Source of the DNA: Candidatus Saccharicenans sp.
Lineage (GTDB): Bacteria > Acidobacteriota > Aminicenantia > Aminicenantales > Saccharicenantaceae
Direction: 5' to 3'
Assembly: GCA_035416665.1 (NCBI GenBank)
Contig: DAOLNQ010000003.1
Coordinates: 7,475 to 71,474 of the forward strand
Length of the DNA: 64,000 bases
Below the pieces are notes generated by a model. The model ran no database searches and was not told the origin of the DNA. It saw nothing but the letters and a program-made list of their open reading frames with translations. Positions within the stretch are counted from its first letter, which is position 1; each line of letters begins with the position of its first letter. Position numbers and translations under genes: made by a program. Of the stretch, positions 37,413 through 46,530 are shown in pieces.

Positions 37413-38783
37413 ATGAAACAATTTTCGAGATGGTTAGCAGTTGGTTTACCCCTTATTCTGGCTATTTCTCTGGGGTTAATAACGTCTTCCAGCCTGCAAA
37501 AGGCTGGAGATGAAGCCCTCGGCTCAAGAAAATATAGCGACTATCAGACTCCGGCTTTCTGCGGAATTCAATGTCATAATGATATTTACCAGCAGTGGAA
37601 GCAGGCCATGATGTCTCAGGCCTATACCCATCACTGGGACGAAATTGAATATTTCAAGCTGGCTGTTCCCCAGGCTGAAAAAGACCCGGTGGTGGCCGGT
37701 GTTAAGGCTGGCTGCAACGGTTGCCACACACCCCTGGCCTTTTTAGCCGGCGATATTCCTCCGGCCGTTCCGGCCAAAGGTACCAGAGCTAATGAATCTG
37801 TTTCCTGCGAAGTTTGTCATACCATAACAGGAATGGCTGGTGATACCCCGTTTAATTTTAACTGGGTATCGGAGCCGGGCAAGAATAAGTATGGGCCGCG
37901 GCAGAATGCCAATTCTCCTGAGCATAATTTAGTCAAGTCGGATTTTCTGGCTAAGGCTGATTTTTGTGGAACCTGTCATAATGAAAAAAGCCCCTATGGT
38001 GTCTGGGTTAAATCTACTCATCTCGAGTGGAAAGCCGGGCCGTATGCTGAAGAAGGGGTTAAGTGCCACGATTGTCATATGACCTATGCTCCAGGCAAGA
38101 GCGCTTCGATGGGGACTGCCTATCCTGACGTCCGTCAGCATCTATTCCATGGAGCTCATGATCCGGGTAAAGTCCGGGGGACAGTTGAACTAAGAATTCA
38201 TCCTGATGTCAATGAGGCGGTACCAGGAGACAAAGTTAAATTCACGATTGTTCTATTTAACCAGAAGACCGGCCATAAGTTTCCGACCGGCTCAGTTGAG
38301 GACAGAATAGTCTGGATGCATGTTGAAGCAGTTGATGCCAAAGGCAATGTTTATCATCTGCCCGTCGATAAAAAAGGCTTTGAAGGTGAAGAATACACCA
38401 TTGCTGCTGACACCCTGGCTTATCAGGATATGGGTCTAGCTCTTAACGACCCGAATTTTAAGGGGGTCCAGAGAGATGGTGTGCCAGCCGGTGACCGCAT
38501 TTTCCGCCTGCCTTATTTTGATCCGCAGGGAAGGATGACCATTCAGCAATGGAACACCAAGAGCCAGGGTGTTGATTATCGAATTGGTCCGAAGGAAACC
38601 AAGATCGAAACCTGTACCTTTGCTCTGCCCGATAACGTTCCAGCTGGACCCTTAACAGTCAGGGCCACCCTTTATTATCAGCGTCTGGTTAAACCGGTGG
38701 CCGATTTTCTGGGTGTCCCGGCTGATGAGACAGAGGTAATTGAAGTAAACAAGCACCAAACGACGATAAATGTTGTCGACTGA
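37413..38783 (+). CDS. periplasmic multiheme (pentaheme) c-type cytochrome
   Basis: 456 aa with a signal peptide. Four canonical CxxCH motifs are present (CNGCH, CEVCH, CGTCH, CHDCH), plus one Cx3CH (CGIQCH) near the N-terminus. Confidence 0.8.
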   Translation: MKQFSRWLAVGLPLILAISLGLITSSSLQKAGDEALGSRKYSDYQTPAFCGIQCHNDIYQQWKQAMMSQAYTHHWDEIEYFKLAVPQAEKDPVVAGVKAGCNGCHTPLAFLAGDIPPAVPAKGTRANESVSCEVCHTITGMAGDTPFNFNWVSEPGKNKYGPRQNANSPEHNLVKSDFLAKADFCGTCHNEKSPYGVWVKSTHLEWKAGPYAEEGVKCHDCHMTYAPGKSASMGTAYPDVRQHLFHGAHDPGKVRGTVELRIHPDVNEAVPGDKVKFTIVLFNQKTGHKFPTGSVEDRIVWMHVEAVDAKGNVYHLPVDKKGFEGEEYTIAADTLAYQDMGLALNDPNFKGVQRDGVPAGDRIFRLPYFDPQGRMTIQQWNTKSQGVDYRIGPKETKIETCTFALPDNVPAGPLTVRATLYYQRLVKPVADFLGVPADETEVIEVNKHQTTINVVD

Positions 38784-38805
38784 AGACTTTTAGCGGAGAG
38801 AAAAA

Positions 38806-39978
38806 ATGAAAAAGCTTACAGGAATGATTTTACTCTCAGTGGTTTTAATTTTTATTCTGGCTTCCGAAGCCTGGTCAATTCCGGCTTTTGCCCGCAAATA
38901 CAGTATAAGCTGTAAGGTCTGCCATAACCCTTTTCCACGCCTCAAGCCCTATGGTGATGAGTTTGCCGGGAATGGCTATGTGATTAAGGACAAAGAAACA
39001 CCACGCTATAATATTGATACCGGCGATAGTACGCTTTCACTCTTGAGAGAACTGCCTATTGCCATCCGGTTTGATGGCTTTCTGAGTTTCAACAATGCTC
39101 ACAATAAGCGGCTTGATTTCTCGGCGCCTTATATCATCAAGTTGATGTCAGGTGGAGAAATCGCCAAGCACATTTCCTATTATTTATACTTTATTTTCAC
39201 CGAAGGAGGCGAGATAGCCGGGCTGGAAGACGCTTTTCTCATGTTCAATAATCTGTTCAAAACTAACCTGGGCTTTTTTGTTGGCCAATTTCAGGTGGCA
39301 GACCCGCTCTTTAAGAGAGAGTTGCGCTTAACTTATGAAGATTACCGAATTTATGGAGTTAAAGTCGGGCAGGCCAGGGTTGATCTGACCTATGACCGGG
39401 GAGTAATGCTGACCTATGGGCTGCCTACTGGTACTGACCTGACGCTGGAGGTCGTTAATGGCATGGGCCTGGATCCAGTCGATGATTTTGGAACTTTTGA
39501 TAATGATAAATATAAGAACTTTATGCTGCGAGTTTCACAGGATTTATCGCCGGAACTCAGAGCCGGGGCTTTCGGCTATGTCGGGAAGGAGCGGCAGGAT
39601 AACGTCAATGACAGCCTGTGGATGGCTGGCGGGGACCTGACCTGGTCTCAGCCTAAATTCCAGTTCAACGCGCAATACCTTTATCGAGAGGATAAGAATC
39701 CCTACTTTTTAATAGCCGAAGCGGAGAAAATTCAAACCCAGGGTGGATTTGCTGAACTGCTCTATTTTCCTCATGGCGATGATTCGCGCTGGTATACAGT
39801 AGCGCTTTTTAACTGGGTTGATTCAGATCAGCCCGACCTGGATTACACTTCGGCCGGCCTCCATTATGGTTACCTTTTACGAAGAAATGTCCGGGCGACG
39901 ATTGAAGCTACCTATGTTTTTAAGAGTGATTTGCCCAAGCACTTGCGGTTCGGTCTGGGATTAATTACGGGCTTCTAA
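38806..39978 (+). CDS. outer-membrane beta-barrel protein with N-terminal heme c-binding site (CxxCH)
   Basis: 390 aa with a signal peptide. The mature N-terminus reads SIPAFARKYSISCKVCHNPFP, which gives one CxxCH. The remainder shows alternating hydrophobic/aromatic beta-strand periodicity rich in Y and G, and the C-terminus ends in ...GLGLITGF with a terminal Phe. The gene starts 22 nt after the stop of the cytochrome gene. Confidence 0.6.
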   Translation: MKKLTGMILLSVVLIFILASEAWSIPAFARKYSISCKVCHNPFPRLKPYGDEFAGNGYVIKDKETPRYNIDTGDSTLSLLRELPIAIRFDGFLSFNNAHNKRLDFSAPYIIKLMSGGEIAKHISYYLYFIFTEGGEIAGLEDAFLMFNNLFKTNLGFFVGQFQVADPLFKRELRLTYEDYRIYGVKVGQARVDLTYDRGVMLTYGLPTGTDLTLEVVNGMGLDPVDDFGTFDNDKYKNFMLRVSQDLSPELRAGAFGYVGKERQDNVNDSLWMAGGDLTWSQPKFQFNAQYLYREDKNPYFLIAEAEKIQTQGGFAELLYFPHGDDSRWYTVALFNWVDSDQPDLDYTSAGLHYGYLLRRNVRATIEATYVFKSDLPKHLRFGLGLITGF

Positions 39979-40451
39979 TCGCGAAGAAAGGGCTTAAAAG
40001 ACAGAACTGGATTAGCTGAAAAAGGCTAGACCTCAACCTGAGCGACGGGGAGCCCGGGGTCCTGGCTTCATGACGAGGCTTAAAACTACAATAAGAAAAA
40101 TGGTCCGAGCTGGAGATAGATCCTCTGCCCGCAATTGAAAAGTAGTTAACTCTTATATCATTAAAACACTTAAACAATGGAAGATTTTGGCTGTTCCCTA
40201 TTTATATTAATCTTGTTTATCATCTTAAGCAGCCTTAGAAATTTTTAGCAGAAGAGCCACCGCCTCTTTCTACGGAATCAGAACTAAGCGGCGAAACCGT
40301 GGATCAATCTATCACTCATTATAGTCACGGATAAGGGGCAGAGGCCGAGGGTAAAGATAGCAGCTCCTTTCTTAAGGCGCCAGTGCTTTTTAACCCAGGA
40401 TTTTTATTGTTAGAATTGAGTCAGAAGTGATATATTCGAACCAGGTCGAAA

Positions 40452-41222
40452 ATGTTAGAGCTAAAAGGGATAAGCAAAAAGTATCAGTTTCTAAAAGTCG
40501 TGGATAACATCAGTTTTACGATCAAACCAGGGGAGTCGGTCGGCTATCTTGGTCCGAACGGGGCCGGCAAATCCACCACCATCAAAATGATTGCCGGTCT
40601 GCTCAAGCCATCAGAAGGCGAAATTTTCTATGGCGGACGTAATGTCTGGAAGAATCTGGTCTGGTTCAAGCAAAGGCTGGGTTATGTGCCAGAAGAACCA
40701 GCTATTTATTCCCATCTCAGCGCCTATGACTATCTGCTCATGGTGGGCAGATTGCGCGGTCTGAAAGAATCAGTTCTTAAAGCCAAAATCAAAGGCTTTA
40801 TGGAGGTCTTTGACCTGGCTGGCGATATGTATTCAGAGATTGCCTCTTTTTCTAAAGGCATGACCCAGAAGGTTTTAATAACGGCTGCCCTCCTTCATGA
40901 CCCGGAGATTCTTCTCCTCGATGAGCCATTGTCAGGGCTGGACGTTTCCACCATTCTGATTATTGAAAAACTGGTGCGTCGGCTGGTGTCTGAAGGCCGC
41001 CTTGTCATTTATTCTTCGCATATTCTGGACATTGTCGAAAAAGTGGCCAGTCGGGTGCTGATTCTTTATCAGGGTAAGGTTCGGGCGGATGATTCGGTCG
41101 AGAATCTGCGTCAGTTGATGAAAGTTCCATCACTGGAAGAGGTTTTTAATCAGTTAGTTGTTCAGGAAGATCCGGAGGTGGCAGCTTCAGAGTTACTTTC
41201 TTTGATGAAGAAAAATGCCTGA
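40452..41222 (+). CDS. ABC transporter ATP-binding protein
   Basis: Walker A GPNGAGKST, the signature LSGL... with a Q-loop, and Walker B ILLLDEPLSGLD are present. Confidence 0.8.
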   Translation: MLELKGISKKYQFLKVVDNISFTIKPGESVGYLGPNGAGKSTTIKMIAGLLKPSEGEIFYGGRNVWKNLVWFKQRLGYVPEEPAIYSHLSAYDYLLMVGRLRGLKESVLKAKIKGFMEVFDLAGDMYSEIASFSKGMTQKVLITAALLHDPEILLLDEPLSGLDVSTILIIEKLVRRLVSEGRLVIYSSHILDIVEKVASRVLILYQGKVRADDSVENLRQLMKVPSLEEVFNQLVVQEDPEVAASELLSLMKKNA

Positions 41223-41247
41223 AACTTAAGTCGGCTGAAATAAAAAT

Positions 41248-42969
41248 ATGAATGGCCTCAAAAAGCTTCAGTTCAAAGAGACTTCCTTTGTCGTTTTAAC
41301 CCGTCATTTCTTCCAGCGTCTTTTTCTGAATGAAACCGTCTTTTTTGAAGAGCAGATGGCTGGCAAGGTAATAAGCATCATAGCTATCCTGTCAATTTTT
41401 CCAGCTTATGTGGCTGATAACCTTTTGTTTGTTTACCTTGTTATCCCTGGCAAACCCCAGGCCTGGGCTGAAATCTCGGAATTTACCAGCCTGATCATGC
41501 TTCTCATCGGGCTCGTCACCATCTTTGTCTGGGATGTGATTTTTCTTGACCGGCAGGATTTTTTGAATCTGATGCCTCTGCCCTTAAAACCGCTGACCAT
41601 TTTTTCTGCCAAATTTGCCAGCCTGGTCCTGTTTGTCGGGCTATTTGCAATCGGTCTTAATGCCCTGTCGTCAATTGTTTTTGTCTTGTTTTTAGGGCAG
41701 GCCAGTTACTTTGGGTTTCTATCCACTGTTATCTTATTTCTGACCCATCTTCTCGTTATGTTTCTGGCGAGTGCCTTTATGTTTTTTGCCCTGGGCTTTA
41801 TTGCCGGGTTTTTCAATATCCTTCTTCGGGGTAAAATCTTTCAGCGGATTTCAGATCTGCTGCGTCTTAGCCTGATCGTCGTTCATATTTTTATTCTTTA
41901 TTTTTTCCTGATGGATACGCATTTTATTCAAAAGCAGTTTGAAAGCTTTAAAGCCCTGCAGGAGAGTCCAACTACCTTGATGATGAACTTTCCCCCGCTC
42001 TGGTTTACCGGTCTTTATGAGGTTTTGCAGGGAAACCGCCAGCCCTTCTTCCGCCAGCTGGCCTGGAGGGCGATTTTAGCTCTGGTCATAGCGGTGGCTG
42101 CTTTCTTTCTGATTACTCTAATTTCCTACAGCCGGCACCTCCAAAAAATATCACCGGAAGGAGCCAAACATTATCGGCCGTCAATTCTACGAAGGCTGGC
42201 TGAACCACTCTTTAATCTGACGATTTTAAGACAGCCGGCAGAAAAGGCCGTTTTCTGGTTTTATGGGAGTGCCCTGAGACGCAGCCGTCTCCACCGCACC
42301 AGGATTCTGTCTTATCTAAGTGTTGGTTTCGGCATTAGTCTTATTATGATCGTCTCCACTGGGAAAATGTTCTGGAAAGCTCAATCGGGCAATATGCTTT
42401 CTCTGCCGTTGGTTTTGAGCTTCTTCCTGGTTCTGGGAATAAGAGATGCCACCAATATCCCGCTCAACTTGGAAGCTAACTGGATTTTTGAAATAACAGA
42501 AACACCGCGGCGCTGGTCTTATTTTTCAGCCCTGCGGAAAAGTATTTTCGTTTTTGCCCTTATTCCGCTCTATCTTCTGCTTTTTGTTTTTTATGGTTTT
42601 ATCTGGAACTGGACCACTTCCGGCCTTCATTGCCTTTATGACCTGGCTCTGGCTGTTTTGCTGGTGGAAGCCCTGTTTTTCCAGCACCGGAAATTTCCTT
42701 TTGCCTGTTCTTATCTTCCAGGGAAAAGCAAGCTCTATATTTTCTGGATTGTTTATGTTCTGTTATTCCTTGGCTATATTTTCATCCCGCGCTGGATTGA
42801 ACCCTATTTCCTGGCCAGGCCCTCCCGATTGATCGGTTTTTATGGGGTTATTATTTTGATTATCGCCGGGCTCTGGCTTTATCACCGCTACTTTTTCTAT
42901 GAAAAGAATCAAATATTGTATGAAGACAATCCCGAACCCGCTCTACTCGAACTTTTCCATGCTACATGA
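41248..42969 (+). CDS. polytopic membrane protein, probable permease partner of upstream ABC ATPase
   Basis: 573 aa with at least 12 predicted TM helices. No recognisable canonical ABC transmembrane-domain signature was found. It lies 25 nt downstream of the ATPase gene. Confidence 0.5.
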   Translation: MNGLKKLQFKETSFVVLTRHFFQRLFLNETVFFEEQMAGKVISIIAILSIFPAYVADNLLFVYLVIPGKPQAWAEISEFTSLIMLLIGLVTIFVWDVIFLDRQDFLNLMPLPLKPLTIFSAKFASLVLFVGLFAIGLNALSSIVFVLFLGQASYFGFLSTVILFLTHLLVMFLASAFMFFALGFIAGFFNILLRGKIFQRISDLLRLSLIVVHIFILYFFLMDTHFIQKQFESFKALQESPTTLMMNFPPLWFTGLYEVLQGNRQPFFRQLAWRAILALVIAVAAFFLITLISYSRHLQKISPEGAKHYRPSILRRLAEPLFNLTILRQPAEKAVFWFYGSALRRSRLHRTRILSYLSVGFGISLIMIVSTGKMFWKAQSGNMLSLPLVLSFFLVLGIRDATNIPLNLEANWIFEITETPRRWSYFSALRKSIFVFALIPLYLLLFVFYGFIWNWTTSGLHCLYDLALAVLLVEALFFQHRKFPFACSYLPGKSKLYIFWIVYVLLFLGYIFIPRWIEPYFLARPSRLIGFYGVIILIIAGLWLYHRYFFYEKNQILYEDNPEPALLELFHAT

Positions 42970-43104
42970 GGAAATAGGCAAAGCCCGGCCTTAAAACGGG
43001 AAACGCCTGACTGCCTTTTATTTTAAATTTTCGGCTTGATAATCTAATCAGTTCTGGCTCTGGCGCTTATCCTTTTGTTCAGTTTTATTAGAAACCCCGC
43101 CTTT

Positions 43105-43995
43105 TCAGCTAATAATCTTAAGCTCATGTAAAAGAGAATCAATCGTTTTTTTAGCTTTCTCTTCCAGTGGCAACAGGGGAGAACGGCAGGGGCCGCCAAA
43201 AAAACCACGGCGGTCTAAAGCATATTTAACAGCCGCAATGCTGTACGTTTCAGTCACAGCCCGGTTGAGCGGAATAAGCTGATGTTGAAGCTCACGGGCT
43301 TCGTCTTTTCGGCCGGCTTGAAATAACTCATAAAGCTTAACACATAGTTCCGGCGCAACATTGGCTAAAGCCAGAATAGCTCCAGAAGCACCCAGCTCTA
43401 AGGCCGAATAAAAAACACTGCCTGAGCCAGTAAAATAAAAGAAATCAGCCGGGACTTTCTTGATAACTTCACCCAGAAAAGCAATATTACCACCGCTTTC
43501 TTTCAGACCGATGATATTTTGGTGACCGGCCAGCTCCACCACCAGCTCCAGCGGCAGCTGAATTTGTGTATTCTGGGGAATGTTATAAAGAATGACCGGG
43601 ATTTTAACACCATCTGCTACCCTGAGATAAAAATCCCGGAGGGCGTCATAATTCATTTTCGCCTTGTAATAAGAAGGCGGCCTGACCAGAGCAGCCTCAG
43701 CCCCGGCTTCGGCCAGGCGATTGGTGAATTTTATCGTCCAGTCGGCCGATTCACGGGCTGTGCCAGCAATAATTACTTTTCCTCTGTCCGCTGATTTTCT
43801 GGCTTCCAGAATAAGAGCTTCTGATTCCTGGTCGTCGAGGAAGGGAGCTTCTCCGGTTGAGCCGAGGACAACATAGCCGGTTAAACCGGTTTTATTAAAT
43901 TTTTCGATATTTTCCCTGAAGTTTTCCTTCGAAACCTCGCCATTAACAAAGGGCGTGGTCAGAGCAGCATAAACACCTTTTAAAATTTTAGCCAT
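43105..43995 (-). CDS. DapA-family (dihydrodipicolinate synthase / N-acetylneuraminate lyase family) class I aldolase
   Basis: 296 aa. The N-terminus MAKILKGVYAALTTPF and the GSTGE, Schiff-base Lys and GLK motifs are typical of this family. The exact substrate cannot be assigned from sequence. Confidence 0.75.
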   Translation of the reverse strand: MAKILKGVYAALTTPFVNGEVSKENFRENIEKFNKTGLTGYVVLGSTGEAPFLDDQESEALILEARKSADRGKVIIAGTARESADWTIKFTNRLAEAGAEAALVRPPSYYKAKMNYDALRDFYLRVADGVKIPVILYNIPQNTQIQLPLELVVELAGHQNIIGLKESGGNIAFLGEVIKKVPADFFYFTGSGSVFYSALELGASGAILALANVAPELCVKLYELFQAGRKDEARELQHQLIPLNRAVTETYSIAAVKYALDRRGFFGGPCRSPLLPLEEKAKKTIDSLLHELKIIS

Positions 43996-43996
43996 C

Positions 43997-44401
43997 TTAT
44001 TTCTCCTTTTCAGACTTTTTGGCGATTATTTTTATTCTTCTCGCTTCAATTTCTCTTAGTGTTTTTTCCTCCAGGCCAAAGTAATGACCAATTTCATGGA
44101 GCAGAACTTCTTCAATCCTCTCTCTGACCGCCTCTTCGGTCGAACAAAAGCTTTCAATCGGGACCTGGTATAATACTATAACATCGGGAGGTACATTGCC
44201 ATAATAAGAACCGCGGTGATTCAGCGGAACGCCGTGGTAGAGCCCCAGAAGATTCTGACCCGGTGGTGGATAATCTTCGACCAGAATAGCCACATTTTTT
44301 ATCTGCCTGAGATATTTCTTCGGGATCACTTTCATTGATTCCTGGACAAGTTGCTGAAATCTATCTCTGGTGAGTTTCATGATATCACTTTCTTTTGACA
44401 A
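43997..44401 (-). CDS. zincin-like metallopeptidase family protein (Zincin_1-type)
   Basis: 134 aa. The HEIGHYFG zinc-binding motif is present. Confidence 0.6.
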   Translation of the reverse strand: MSKESDIMKLTRDRFQQLVQESMKVIPKKYLRQIKNVAILVEDYPPPGQNLLGLYHGVPLNHRGSYYGNVPPDVIVLYQVPIESFCSTEEAVRERIEEVLLHEIGHYFGLEEKTLREIEARRIKIIAKKSEKEK

Positions 44402-44734
44402 CTGAATTATTATAAATACAAAAAATTAAATGGCAATTACTATCCGGCGCGCAAGTTTTGACTGAACTGCCAGGTCGGAAGGTCACCCTCCCTCTCCAGA
44501 ACTCGTGGCCATGAGGCGGGGAACAAACGGAACCGATTTGCCTGGTCAGGGACAGGGTGAAGCAGCGCTATCTGGATATTTCTTATTGCCATGTTTGCTA
44601 AAAGCCTACCTGGCCGGAACAGGCAAGGCTGATAATATGGATGCTGATTTCCTCTGGCTGAAAAGGTAATCGTCTGCTTCTGACCAGCGGGCATTTGCAT
44701 CATCTTCTGAACCAGCTGGTTAATACGAAGATCA

Positions 44735-45301
44735 CTATTTCTCAATACCTTTCCTGGCTCTAACTCCTTTATCATAGTAATGTTTCCGGCAAACCATTTC
44801 TGTCACCAGATCGGCCCGGTCTATAATTGACCGGGGAGCATATCTTCCGGTCAGAACGATTTCGACAGCTTCCGGCTTCTGGTCGAGAAACTTCTGCATT
44901 TCTTCTTCTTTGATCAATCCCAGATTCAGGGCAACATTGATTTCGTCCAGGATGACAATTTGATACTGACCGCCAAGCATCGCCTCCAGGCATTTTTTGA
45001 GGCCTTCTTCAGCCAGGCGATAATCTTCTTCCTCGAAATCTTCAGTTACCTTGATAAATTTCTGGCGGCCGAATTGTTCGATGGTGATCAGTGGCTGAAG
45101 TTTTTTCGCTGTCTGTAACTCACCACTGGGTTGCCCCTTTAAAAATTGACCGATATAACTCCTGAAGCCATGGCCAGCCGCTCGGAAAGCCAGACCGAGG
45201 GCAGCGGTGGTCTTACCCTTGCCGTCTCCGGTATAAACTTCAACCAGGCCCTTAAATTGGGCTGATCTTTCTTTTGAGCTGATTTGCTTTTGGCTCGCCA
45301 T
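44735..45301 (-). CDS. cobO: cob(I)yrinic acid a,c-diamide adenosyltransferase
   Basis: The conserved CobO/BtuR N-terminus is present (KGLVEVYTGDGKGKTTAALGLAFRAAGHGF) with a P-loop. The preferred start is the Met at 45301 (MASQKQ), giving 189 aa. The ORF track extends a further 99 codons upstream with a non-homologous hydrophobic extension. Confidence 0.8.
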   Translation of the reverse strand: MASQKQISSKERSAQFKGLVEVYTGDGKGKTTAALGLAFRAAGHGFRSYIGQFLKGQPSGELQTAKKLQPLITIEQFGRQKFIKVTEDFEEEDYRLAEEGLKKCLEAMLGGQYQIVILDEINVALNLGLIKEEEMQKFLDQKPEAVEIVLTGRYAPRSIIDRADLVTEMVCRKHYYDKGVRARKGIEK

Positions 45302-45532
45302 AGTCTTTATCCTTATCTGCAGATATTTCTGAAATAAAGTTAAACTATAGGCAAAGATTAAGCTTGAGTCAAATTTTAATGGTATGTTATAAGTAAAAGG
45401 TAAGCGTCGAGGGCAGAGTATAAGAAGATGGCTGGAAATTTTTGCGAAGCCTAAGAGTTCAGTTGGGATAGAATGGCTAAAACAGGAAAGGCAAAACTCG
45501 ATCTGATGAAAGATAAAATAACTGGAAATTGA

Positions 45533-46519
45533 ATGAAAAAAATAAATAAAGCCTTGATTGAGGAAGCCAACCAGCGCCTCAAGCGATATGCGATTCATAC
45601 TGATCTGACTTTTTCACCGCGTCTTTCGGCTGTACTCGGCGGCCAGCTTTATTTTAAGTGGGAAAGCCATCAGCCAACTGGTTCTTTTAAGATCAGGGGT
45701 GCAGCTTCAAAGATTCTGGCTAACCTTGAAGACTGCCGGGGGCGGGGGGTAGTAGCAGCCTCGACCGGTAATCATGGAGCGGCCACTGCCTATATCTGTC
45801 AGCAGGAAGGCCTGAGGCTAACCCTTTTTGTCCCGGCCACCATCGCTCCCTTTAAGCGCCAGAAACTGGAGAGAACCGGAGCGAAGGTAATTTTAGTTGA
45901 TGGCCCCTGTGAGCAGGCGGAGTCGGAAGCCCGTCAGACAGCAGAAGTTAACCATCAGGTTTTTGTTTCCCCTTACAATGACGAACTGGTCATTGCTGGA
46001 CAGGGCACCTGTGGACTAGAAATCTTTGAGGACTGGCCAGAGGTGGAAGAAGTAGTTGTGCCTGTCGGGGGAGGCGGGCTAATGGCGGGGATAGCCGTTT
46101 ATCTAAAAGAGAGTAAGCCCACTATAAAGATAACTGGCGTTGAGCCTGAGAACTCGGCCTTTATAAAGCACTCCTTGAGTCTGGGTTACCTGAATAATGA
46201 TTTTCCGGAAAAACCGACTATCGCCGAAGCTGTGGCCGGCGGTCTGGAGCCAGATTCAATGACCTTTGATCTCATCAAGCATTATGCTGATAGCTGGCTG
46301 ACAGTTTCAGAAGAACATATTGCGCAGGCAATGAAAATTATTTATGAACATCATCAAGAAGTGGTAGAGGGAGCCGGTGCTCTGTCTCTGGCTGGCCTGC
46401 TGGCCTATCCTGAACTCTTTAGCGGTAAAAAGGTCGTTGGTCTGGTATCGGGTGGCAATATCCAGCTCTCTCGCTGGCAGGAGTTGACCGGCGCGAATAA
46501 ACCTTCATCTGAAAAATAA
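45533..46519 (+). CDS. PLP-dependent threonine/serine dehydratase (threonine ammonia-lyase-like, fold type II)
   Basis: 328 aa. The PLP-Lys motif is SFKIRGA, and the Gly-rich loop is GGGGLMAGIA. Confidence 0.75.
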   Translation: MKKINKALIEEANQRLKRYAIHTDLTFSPRLSAVLGGQLYFKWESHQPTGSFKIRGAASKILANLEDCRGRGVVAASTGNHGAATAYICQQEGLRLTLFVPATIAPFKRQKLERTGAKVILVDGPCEQAESEARQTAEVNHQVFVSPYNDELVIAGQGTCGLEIFEDWPEVEEVVVPVGGGGLMAGIAVYLKESKPTIKITGVEPENSAFIKHSLSLGYLNNDFPEKPTIAEAVAGGLEPDSMTFDLIKHYADSWLTVSEEHIAQAMKIIYEHHQEVVEGAGALSLAGLLAYPELFSGKKVVGLVSGGNIQLSRWQELTGANKPSSEK

Positions 46520-46530
46520 CTGAATAAAAA

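Noticed and set aside
44402-44760. Possible cobalamin riboswitch near cobO
   Set aside because: Only weak partial resemblance to the B12-box consensus was found on either strand. The region lies downstream of cobO rather than upstream. It is not called, only flagged for a covariance-model search.
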